Source: Raja brachyura (lineage: Eukaryota). Taken from it: a DNA stretch of 64,000 nt. A program made the position numbers and the translations under genes. The stretch is taken from assembly GCA_963514005.1 (NCBI GenBank), contig OY740804.1, forward strand, positions 4,774,001 to 4,838,000, in the 5' to 3' direction. Below, one piece after another: positions 53,416 through 64,000 of the stretch. Numbering within the stretch: position 1 is the stretch's first letter; every line of letters starts with the position of its first letter. The notes under the pieces were generated by a model. The model made no database searches and was not told the DNA's origin. It saw only the letters and a program-made list of their open reading frames with translations.

Positions 53416-53571
53416 GCAACCCCTGTCATTTATAGCACCGTGACAACCCGTTCCCCAGCTAGCACGGAGAATACTTACATGAACCTTCAGGATCTGAACA
53501 CACAAGGACAAGCCAAGAGGCAAGGTGCCGCAGAAGTTGTGTACGCAACAATTCTCACTGATAATAATTAA
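53416..53571 (+). CDS. CD300/pIgR-like receptor exon 7, signalling tail: ATPVIYSTV...NTYMNL...EVVYATILTDNN*
   Basis: ccaaag acceptor, phase 0. Two ITIM-consensus motifs (VIYSTV, VVYATI) and a TAA stop. Candidate poly(A) signals at 54461 and 54780. The N-gap in the preceding intron could hide another exon. Confidence 0.85.
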   Translation, partial: ATPVIYSTVTTRSPASTENTYMNLQDLNTQGQAKRQGAAEVVYATILTDNN

Positions 53572-55883
53572 TTCAAGCACCGGAGAACACCAAGAATGCA
53601 TTGGAAACGGACAGTCTGGTAAAGTTGTCTTTGCTTACCCACAAATACAGACATTTGCGTTCAGATCTCACCAAGAACAGTGCATGGTCATCAAGATAGC
53701 TGGAGATTTTGGGAATCTGATAAAGATAGGACATAGGAAAGTCCAACAGGCCCTTCGGCCCACAATATTCGTGCCGAAAATGAAAAATGCAAAAACACTC
53801 AGCAGGTCAGGCAGCACCTGTGGAGATAGAAACAGAGATAACATGATAGTTCGATTACCTTAAGGTGAGAGGGGAAAGATTTAGTAGGAAACCAAGGTTC
53901 AACTTTTTCACTCAGAGGGTGGCGGGTGTAAGGAACAAGCTGCTGTAGGAGGTAGCTGAGGCAGGTACTATAACAACATTTCAAAGACTTTTGGACAGGT
54001 ACATGGATAGGAAAGGTTTAGAGGGATATGGGCCAAATGCGGAAAGGTGAGACTATCATAGATGGGTTGGCAAGGACAAATTGGGCCAAATGGCCTGGTT
54101 CGTGCTGTATGTCTCTTAGAGTTTGTATTCAACGTAAGGAAATAAGTGCAGAAATAGGCCATTCAGCCCTTCAAGCCAATTCCGCCATTCAACACAATCA
54201 TGGCTGATCTGCCTCCAACTTCATCTCCTCTCAGTGCCAGTTCCTTAAAGCCCTTGACTCGTTGCCCCTTCAAACTCCTCTTTAAATACCCCTAATGATC
54301 CAGCCTCAATAACCTCCCAGTAGCAGGTTATTCCAGGGATTCATCACTCTGTTCCCCTTTCCACAAATGCCGCCGAACATGTTGAGATTTTCCACCATTT
54401 TTCTTTGGCCTTAATCAGAACAGCTGTGGAATTTGAACTGCTATTAATTTGTGATTTTAAAATAAATATGTATAGGTACTGTTGAACACAAAACTGCCGG
54501 CTTGGTGCTAAAACTCACGGGTTGACTTTCCACCATCCAGTTAACCAAGAAAAACAGTACTGTTACTAAGTCATAGAGCCACACAGTGCGGAAACAGGCC
54601 CACGTGCTTTACAGACAATTGCTTTAATTTCCCCGTATTTGTGAATGTTTACGTGAAGCGCAGTGGCTTGCAAATATGTGTATGAGGAACAGGAACCGCA
54701 AGTGAGAGATTGTGTAAATATCTACAAATGTTTTGTAAAGAAACATCTACAGATGACATGGGAGATGTTGTAAGCATACAATAAAGTACACTTGTCTTCT
54801 GAATACCTGGTGAGCCCAAGATTTTACCGACTTTGTCGAAGGTGGTTTTGCGGATGGATGTAGAACACAGAACAGCACAGGAACAGGCCCTTCAGCCCAC
54901 ATTGTCCATGCCAAACATGAGGCAAAGTTAATCTGATCTCATCTGCCTGCACATAGTCCACTATCCCTCCACCCCCTGCATATCTATGTGCCTATCTTAT
55001 ACTTGTACTGAAATGTATACAAAAATGAATTTCACTGTACCTCGTTACATGACAAATAAAGTACCATACCATACTATCTAAAAGCCTCAGTGGGCCGAAG
55101 GGCCTCTATCTCTAAAGTCTAAACAAAGAGTGCCACAGCGATAGATTTGCTGCCTCATGGCGCAGGAGACCCAGGTACGATCCTGACCACGGGTGCTGTC
55201 TGTGTGGAGTTTGTACGTTTTCCCTGTGATCGTGTGGGTTTTCTCCGGCTTCCTCCTGCAATCCAAAGACGTGCAGGTTAATTGGCTTCTGTAAATTGCC
55301 CCTAGTGTGTAGGATAGAACTAGTGTGTGGGCGATTGCTGGTCGATGTGGACTCAGCGGGCCGAAGGACCCGTTTCCACACTGTATTTCTAAACTAAACC
55401 AAAGCATTACATATTAGATGGGAAATGGGAAAAATCAATAGCTGAAGCAAAGTCAGTTGCATCAGAGGACCATCGGTCTACAATCGAGCTTCACAACGCA
55501 TGTGGAAAGAGAAGTTGTTTCAATTGCAATGTCCTTCAAGCAGCAACTCTACCGCTGCGCCACCGTGCTGCCCCGTGAAAAAGCCTCTGGTTATTAAACT
55601 GGAAGAGACGTGGGGAGTGGGGGGGGCACAAACTGTGCGAGTGAGTGGGGGGTGGGGGGGCAAAACACACATTTCCGCTGGCAATTTTCATTGCTCCTGT
55701 TCGTCTAACAGAAGGAGAACATTTTGTTGCATTTAATAGTTTTTCATGTTTTCATGCATGTATGGGAGCTAACTCTGCACACTGTCTCAGTGTACCAGTA
55801 CTATATATACACTTGCACTGTGTCTGAGATGCTTATCTAAGATATATCCAAGTGCTTATGTATAGTGATCCTTGAACTGATCA

Positions 55884-57495
55884 ATAGAAAGAAACATCGA
55901 AACATAGACAATAGGTGCAGGAGTAGGCCATTCGGCCCTTTGAGCCAGCACCACCATTCAATATGATCAAGGCTGATCATCCACAATCAAGTTCAAGTTC
56001 ACATTTACTGTCACATGCACCAATTAAGGTTCAGTGACATCAGTACCCCGTTCCAGCTTTTTCCCCATATCGCCTGATTCCTTAACCCTAAGAGCTAAAT
56101 CTAACTCTCTCTTGAATACATCCAGTGAATTGGCCTCCGCTGCCTTCGGTGGCAGAGAATTCCACAGATTCACAACTCTCTGGGTGAAAAATGTGTCTCC
56201 GGGAGAACTAACGTGAACTAGTGTAGACTCGGTGGGCCGAAGGGCCTGTTTACATTTTGTATTTCTAAACTAAGTTTCATGAATTGGCCTCCACTGTCTT
56301 CCAGAGATTCACAACACTCTGAGTGAAAAGGTTTTCCCTCATCTCAGTCCAAAATGGCCTACCACTTATTTTTAAACTATGTCCCCTGGTTCTGACTCCC
56401 CCAACATCGAGAACATTTTTCCTGCATCTAACTTGTCCAATCCTCTAAGAATTGTATATGTTTCTATTAGACCCCCTCTCATCCTTCTAAATTCCAGTGA
56501 ATAAAAGCCCAGTCGGCACATTCTATCATCATATGTCAGTCCCGTCATCCTGGGAATTAACCTGATGAATGTACGCTGCACTGCCTCAATAGCAATAATG
56601 TCCTTCCTCAAATTAGGAGACCAAAATTGCACACAATACTCCAGGTGTGGTCTCACCAGGGCCTTGTACAACTGCAGTACGACCTCCTTGCTCCTAAACT
56701 CAAATCCTCTCACAATAAAGGCCACCATGCCATTAGCTTTCTTCTCTGCCTGCTGTACCTGCATTCTTACTTTCAGTGACTGATGTACAAGCACACCCAG
56801 GTCTTGTTGCTCCTCCCCTTCTCATAATCTGACACCATTCAGATAATAATCTGCCTTCCTGTTCTTGCCACAAAAGTGCATAACCTCACATTTATCCACA
56901 TTATACGGCATCTGCCATGCTTCTGCCCACTCACCCAACCGATCCAAGTCACCCTGCAGCCTCTTAGCATGTTCCTTGCATATCACACTGGCACCCAGCT
57001 TTGTGTCATCCGCAAACTTAGTAATGTTACATTTAATTCCCTCGTGTAAATCGATAATATATTGTAAATAACGGGGTCTCAGCAACGAACCTTGTGGCAT
57101 CCCACTAGTCACTGCCTGCCATTCTGAAAAGGACCCGTTTATTCCTACCTTTTGCTTCCTGTCTGCCAATCAGTTCTCTATCCATGTCAATGCCCTACCC
57201 CCAATACCATGTGCTCTCATTTTGCACACTAATCTCCTGTGTGGGACCTTGTCAAAGGCATTTTGAAAGTCCTGAAACTCCACATCCACTGGCTCTCCCT
57301 TATCCATTCTACTTTACATCCTCAAAAAATTCCAAAAGATTAGTCAAGCATGTTTCCCCTTCATAAATCCATGCTGACTTTGACCGATCCTGTCACTGCG
57401 TTCCAAATGCGCTGCTATAACACTCTTAATAATCGATTCCAGCATCTTCCCCACTACCAACGTAAGACTAACTGGTCTATAATTCCTCGTTTTCA
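55884..57495 (-). mobile_element. 5'-truncated, frameshifted CR1-clade LINE
   Basis: Minus ORFs 56372-56794 and 56822-57169 carry RT motifs (KFADDTK, LVRPHLEYCVQFWSP). 3' tail at ~55884-55920. Confidence 0.93.
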
Positions 57496-58824
57496 CATGC
57501 TCGAGTGGTTTCCATAACCTTTGACTCTCTTACCCTGAGTCAATCATGCTTACAATTTCACAATGTAAAGTTCTGCAATTGGAGCTCACGTTCCTGGTCA
57601 CAATATGCGTGACACTTTCCCAGCACCGCTGACATGCAGTAAATGATTGCATTCATTGCACAACCACCATTTTTACTCATACCAATAAAAAATTGCTCAA
57701 AACTGCAAACCAGAACTGTCCCATTGAAATTCAAGGCACAGTACTCTCCTGATTACTGAAAGGCCACAGCTGACACTGGCATTTCTAAGTTTGGTTTAGT
57801 TTAGAGGAACAGTGGCGGTGGAGGCCGATTCTCTGGATACTTTCAAGAGAGAGCGAGATAGGGCTCTTAACGATGGCGGAGTCAGGGGATATGGGGAGAA
57901 GGCAGGAACGGGGTACTGATTGGGGATGGTCAGCCATGATCACATTGAATGGCGGTGCTGGCTCGAAGGGCTGAATGGCCTACTCCTGTATCTATTATCT
58001 ATTGTCCATTGTCTATTGAACCAACCGCTTAGGCCCACCAAGTCTGCGGCGACCAGCGATCCCTGCACACTAACACCATCCTACACATCAGGGACAATTT
58101 ACAATTATACCAAGCCCATCAGTCTACAATCCTGCACGTCTTTGGAGTGTGGGAGGAAACTGGAGATCCTGAAGAAAACCCAACGCAGGTTACGGGGAGG
58201 ACGTACAAACTCCATACAGACAGGCACCTGTAGTTAGGATCGAACCCGGGTCTCTGGTGCTGTGAGGCAGCAACTCTACCGCTGCGCCCCTAGATATTAT
58301 GATACCTTATGATATTCCAAGTCTGTCTATATTGAGATACAAGAAGACCTTCATACCTGGTCTACTCCATCCATGGAGGTCAAGATCACATTGACTCCCA
58401 TCTTCCTAGTTGTAGGATTTGACCATCGAGGCAGCATGTCTCCGCAGCATCAGAGAGGTTATCATGGTAATGAATTAGAATCATAGACTCATAATTATAT
58501 AGCACGGAAATAGACCCTTCACCCATCCATGCTGACCAAAATGCCCCACCTGAGTAGTCCCATTTGGCAGCATTTGATCCATATCCCTCTAAACCATTCT
58601 TATCCATATACCTGTCCAATTGCCTTTTAAATGTTGTTTTACTTCGGAGTCACGTGAGTGACTACGTGAAGAAGACCCCGCCTGGCGCTGGAACGGCATT
58701 ACGTCGACGCTATCGGCAGCGAAAGAGCTGCAGAGCGCAGCTCCACACACAGCGGTAAGGAACCGGCCCGCAGGTAAGGAAGTTTTACAAAATTTAGGGC
58801 GAGGTTTCAGAACTCCGTAGCCTG

Positions 58825-60080
58825 GTGGGAAAACCAGGAGGAGTTAGTAAAAAAAATAAAAATAAAAATAAAAAAAAACAAAAACAAAATGGAGAAGGCC
58901 AAAAAAAACAGCGGGTAATACGTGCGTCCCGGGGTGTTGTAGAGTCGGGACAGCAGATTGCGGAGCCGGTTCCGATACCGGTGGCCGTTGAAACACCCGT
59001 TAGTGAGGCTTTGATTACTCCACAAACAGAAACTGTAGAGGAAATCCCAGTGCCTAAAAAATGTAACAGGAAAGCTGAAAGGCCTGGGGTTTCTGAGGAC
59101 TCTGATTCTGAAGGTCCAGAAAGGAAAGCCTTATGGCTCAGAATGGACCAAATGGAGAAAATTGCTCCAGACTATAATCAACCAAGGGTCTAAGAACCCA
59201 GAATATTCCCAGGCAGCCCCTGAGGGGGTCCATATCGTGAATATGGTGCCAATTCGATTTGGGAATTGAAACCCCAGTGCCTGGGTATGGACTGGAGGTA
59301 ATCTCCTTGAACAAGTTTCAGGAGAACCAGGGCTGTATGAGACAGACCCTGAAAGTGGTGATTGTGGTCCGGAGTACACACCACAATGGATCCAGGTGTG
59401 CCTGATGTGGCACAAGATTTTGCTATACCTGGAGGAAGCGGTGAGGCCATGGAAGATAACCTGGCGGCCAATATTAATTATATGGTCTCTCACCCGCTTC
59501 AAGATGCTGTTATGGTTGAGACAGCAGAAATGTATAAAACATCTATCAATTGTGCCTCTTTGAAGGTACCTACGGTGAATCCAGTTGTTTGGGCGCCAAT
59601 GTCTTCAATTATGCGGGCGCAATGAATTCGATTTCAAAGAGTCCTCAAGCTGTTTTCAGCTGGCATTACTGCACCTGGCAGATTAGTGGAAGGATGTGGA
59701 ATGACCAAAGTGCAGAAACATATGTTGGCCTTATTTTGCAACTCATTTGAGATTAATTGTATGAGTAAGATTGCCATTCGACCTCTATTACATTCAAGAT
59801 TTGCAGGATTGTGTAAACCAAGCAATGTTCAAACTCCTAGAGGGTTTTGTTCGGAGAGGATTTGTCTAAACAAATTAAAGAAATGGATGAAGAGGCAAAG
59901 ACTTTTGGTCGTATGAAACCCTTCACCTTTGGCCAGAAATGGACTGGCTATATAAAAAGGGATTTGACTTGGAGCTGGTACAAGCCGAGGCAGGAGTATG
60001 ATAAGGGACATTTTCCAGCCAACACAGCCAAATGTACGCCCATTTATTGGGAAAGGAAGTCATTTCGTCCAGGTGGAGAG
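58825..60080 (+). pseudogene. DIRS gag-like ORF1 remnant (fragmented)
   Basis: Consecutive ORF pieces (58825, 59362, 59686, 59847) including LKVPTVNPVVW and LFGEDLSKQIKE-like segments at the expected position. Confidence 0.6.
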
Positions 60081-60099
60081 GTACATAAACATTATCCTA

Positions 60100-61999
60100 T
60101 TAAGAGGAATGTTGGGATGAGCCACAGATTGGTGGTAGACTCCAAATGTTTTATGAGGAATGGGACAATATTACAGTTGATCGTGTTGTATTAGACACTG
60201 CTGAGAGGATTTACCATTGATTTTGTGGAAGGTATGGATCCATTGGGACGGAATGAGTCTAGTCATTATTTGATGTTCTCAGAGAGTGAGGAAATTCAAA
60301 TTGTTAAAGAGATTAAAAATTTGAGTAAAAAAGGAGTTATTTAGAATCTGGAGAGGATCCACAACAATTGTATCAAACATTTTTCCCAGAACAAAGAAAG
60401 ATGGGGGTTGTAGGATCATTTTAGATCTCACACTTTTGAATGAAACATTTGTCCAGTGTAAACATTTTAAAATGGACACATTTCACACTGCAATGCAGTT
60501 GGTATCAACAGGCTGTTATATGGCTACACTAGATTTGAAGGAGGCTTATTATTCCGTCCCAATTCATCATAGTTTTCGCAGGTATTTAAAGTTTAAATGG
60601 ATGGGACAGCTGTGGCAATACAAGCTTTGTCTAATGGATTAAGTTCAGCACCTAGATTGTTCACTTAATTGTTAAAGCCAGCACTTGCACTGCTAATGGC
60701 ACCAAAACACATCGTTAGGGTTTATTTAGATGACATTTTAATTGTCAATGCTAATCAGGAATCAGCTGGGAAATCAGTCTCAGCAACCATTAGCTTGTTT
60801 GAGAAGTTGGGTTCCTGATCCATCCAACAAAGTCTAAGTTACAGCCATCCCAAACCATTGAATATCTGGGGTTTGTGATTAACTCAGTCACCATGTTGGT
60901 AACTTTACCAATGGATAAGGAGTTAGATTTGACAAATGTGTGTCAAAACCTGATTAACAAACCTTATCCCTCCATCCGAGAGGTTGCCAAGGGTATTGGT
61001 AAATTGGTAGCAGCATTTCCAGCAATAGAATTTGGTCGTTTACATTACCAAAATCTTCAAAGGGCAAAAACTAAAGCGCTAATTCAGCGAGCAGGCCATT
61101 TTGATAGGCCAATGCAATTGCCTAAGGAAGCTGTATCGGAATTACATTGGTGGATTGAGAATGTTCCACAAGCTGCTAAGAACATTTTGGTTCATCAGCC
61201 AGTCGTGTTTTACAAACTGACGCAAGCTCGCTCGGATGGGGGGCTACGGACAATGAGACCAGCTGTGGGGGCAGATGGGCTGTCCAAGAGGATTTATTGC
61301 TCCAAACATATGGTATTAATTATTTGGAGCTACTGGGAGCATTTTATGGATTTAAAGCTTATTGCTCTTCATTAAAGGATTTGCATGTCCAAGTACAAAT
61401 AGATTACACCACAGCTGTGGCATATATCAATCACATGGTGGTGTCAGATCAAAATTAATGTGATCATCTGGTAACCAGATATGGCAGTGGTGTATTGCAA
61501 AAATACTTGGCTTTCAGCTATTTATCTCTCGGGGAGAGACAATGTTGTGGCAGACAAAGATCACGAATATTTAAAGACAATACAGAATGGATGTTAAATC
61601 CAAAAATTTTCAAAAATATTGTCAGTCGGTATGGAGTACCGGACATTGATCTGTTTGCATCTAGATTGAATCACCAATTGCCGAAATACGTGTCTTGGGA
61701 ACACGATCCAGGGGCAGTAGCGGTGGATGCTTACTCGCTACACTGGGGGAATATGTTCTTTTATGCTTTTCCCCCATTCTGTCTCATTGGGCAATGTCTC
61801 AAGAAAATAGCGCAAGACGCTGCCAAAGGCATTTTGGTGGTGCCAGTTTGGCCCACACAGTCATGGTTCCCATTGATGCTTAAAATGATTATTGAACCAT
61901 GTATGGTAATTCCCAGTGCGACAATCTGTTCACACAACCAGTAACAAAAGAAATTCATCCATTGCATGATCATATGAATTTGTTAATCTGCAGGTTCTG
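60100..61999 (+). pseudogene. DIRS reverse transcriptase / RNase H / DNA adenine-methyltransferase-like ORF remnant
   Basis: KKDGGCRIILDL, LDLKEAYYSVPI, VYLDD (~60720-34), TDASSLGWG, INYLELL, DLFASRLN...YAFPPF...VPVWPTQSWF. Multiple frameshifts and stops (e.g. TAA 60666-68). Confidence 0.9.
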
Positions 62000-62029
62000 A
62001 CCAGACCATTGCAACAGTTTGAACTGTCG

Positions 62030-62960
62030 GACAGGACCATGGATGTTATAGATACAGTTTGGAGGACTAGCACTAGAAAACAATATATGTGCCATATTAG
62101 AAATGGGAAGCCTTTTGTACACAGGCAAAGATATCTTATAATTCTGCAAACATTTCAAATGTATTGGAGTTCCTTGCTGGGTTACACTTTGATGAGCATT
62201 TGAGTTATAGTGCCATTAATTGTGCTCGGAGTGCATTGTCATCCTATTTAGGACAAATTTCGGATCGGGATTCAGTTGGGTCTCACCCATTAATATCTCG
62301 ATTCATGAAGGGTATTTTAATATAAATCCTCCCAAGCCCAGATATACAGGAATTTGGGATGTTAGCATTGTTCTTACTTTACTTAAACAATGGACTCCAA
62401 TTAATTCAATATCTTTGCAGAACTTAACATTGAAGGTGGTTATGTTAATGGCATTGGTATCAGCTCAAAGAGTACAGACTTTGCAATTGTTAAGGTTGGA
62501 TTGCATGCATGTGACTTCAGATAACATTGTGTTTATGTTTATGACCGGTGAAACAAAGCAGACCAGGGAGAACTGGAATGAAGGTAATGTTTAAAGCATA
62601 TCCTATTGATGAAACATTGTGTGTAGTTAAGCATTTAACTCAATACATGGAGGTAACCAAAAATCTCAGAGGTTCTGAGAAAGCGTTATTGATAACACAC
62701 AAAAAACCACATACAAAAGTTTCAGTTCAAACCATTTCTAGATGGTTAAAACAGGTTTTGGGTCTAGCAGGAATAGACACTGATGTGTTAAATCTCACTA
62801 CACTAGGGCAGCTACGTCCGCGGCGAAGGTACAGGACGTACCACTCGATCAAATTTTAGAGGCCGCAGGGTGGTCTAGAGAAGAAACTTTTTCAAAGTCC
62901 TACAATAAACCTGTTGTCACGGTGCCAGGATTTGGACACGCAGGACTGGGTTCTCTTTAA
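62030..62960 (+). pseudogene. DIRS tyrosine recombinase ORF remnant
   Basis: WRTSTRKQY, LMALVSAQRVQTL (catalytic R), SHYTRAATS (HxxR), ILEAAGWSREETFSKSYNKP (W and catalytic Y). Frameshifted. Confidence 0.88.
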
Positions 62961-64000
62961 ATGCTTGCTTTGTTTATATTATCGATTTATTTTATCGATT
63001 TATGTTACCATTGACATAACTTATCAATTATTTTGTAATTTTCCCCTGCAATAGAGGGGTTATTATTTTAAAAAGTTGTTCTTTTTATAATTAAAGGACT
63101 TATTACATAAATTGTAACAATGTGTTAAAATACTTTTTACTCACTACTATTTTGACCAAACAGAGAGTCGTATGAAATGAGTTTACGACATGGAAAACAC
63201 AGGGCTTTAAAATATTCACGTAGTCACTCACGTGACTCCGAAGTAAAATAGTGAGATTAAACGAGAACTTACCTGTTCGAAGTTTGATCTTTATTTTATG
63301 AGGAGTTACGATGAGGGATTACGTGCCCTCCACTCCCAACCCTCATAATATAAATGATCATCAGGTAGTTCTAGTCTATTTTGAGCCTTACTATTTTACT
63401 CCGGCTATTGGTTCTGTGTTTTTCATGCCGCTGCTTTGAAGTATGCCGTTCCAGCGCCAGGCGGGGTCTTCTTCACGTAATCCCTCATCGTAACTCCTCA
63501 TAAAATAAAGATCAAACTTCGAACAGGTAAGTTCTCGTTTAATCTCACTATTATAGTAGGCGCCTTAGCTACCTCCTTTGACAGCTCGTTCCATACACCC
63601 ACCACATTCTGAGTGAAATGCTTGCCCCTCAGGTTCCTATTAAATCCCTCCCCCCTCAATTTAAACTTGTCCTCTGGATTTTGATTCCCCTTTTACTCTG
63701 GGTAAAAGGCTCTGTGAACTCACCCTATCAATTCCTCCTCATGAGTGTATACACCTCTATAAGATCACCCCTCAGCCTCCTGTGCTCCAAGGAATAAAGT
63801 CCTAGATTATCCAAATTTAGTTTAGTTTATCATTTAGTTTATCACATGGTCCAAGGCACAACGGAAAACCATTTTCTTGCATGCTATCCAGTCAGCAAAA
63901 GGACTATACGTGATTACAATCAAGCCATCCACAGTGTACAGATACAGGATAAAGGGAAATACTGTAGGTTCCGTGCAAGATAAAGTCCAGTAAAGTCCAA

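Larger units (their letters stand above)
58637..63552 (+). mobile_element. Full-length DIRS1-type tyrosine-recombinase retrotransposon (ORFs disrupted)
   Basis: ITRs 58663-58699 / 63443-63479. Internal complementary region 63215-63325 is complementary to both element ends. Carries gag-like, RT, RNase H, dam-like methyltransferase and YR remnants. Inserted into a CR1 3' fragment. Confidence 0.95.

Overview
Repeat-rich vertebrate genomic DNA. The HE1/V-SINE, HER1/CR1 and Penelope repertoire points to a cartilaginous fish, probably a skate or ray (inference). Two host genes lie on the + strand. (1) The last 12 coding exons and 3'UTR of AHCYL1 (IRBIT), 7026-~30500, with all splice phases consistent; its 5' exons are upstream of the window. 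(2) A complete 7-exon, 405-aa CD300/pIgR-like inhibitory Ig receptor, 41883-53571: leader, two tandem-duplicated V domains, Thr/Ser stalk, uncharged TM, and a tail with two ITIMs and a YxN motif. A full-length DIRS1-type tyrosine-recombinase retrotransposon (58637-63552) has perfect terminal/ICR repeats but broken ORFs. The least expected signal is RNA-level. A ~130-nt retroposon family (4 copies, all in AHCYL1 introns) begins with a minimal, P4-less HDV/CPEB3-like ribozyme fold and ends in an (AAG)n tail. About 19 Penelope-derived minimal hammerhead motifs, intact or decayed, occur on both strands. There is a 193-N assembly gap at 52831-53023. Most short ORFs in the supplied track are repeat-derived or spurious. 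Repeat boundaries are approximate unless TSDs are given, and no database searches were run.
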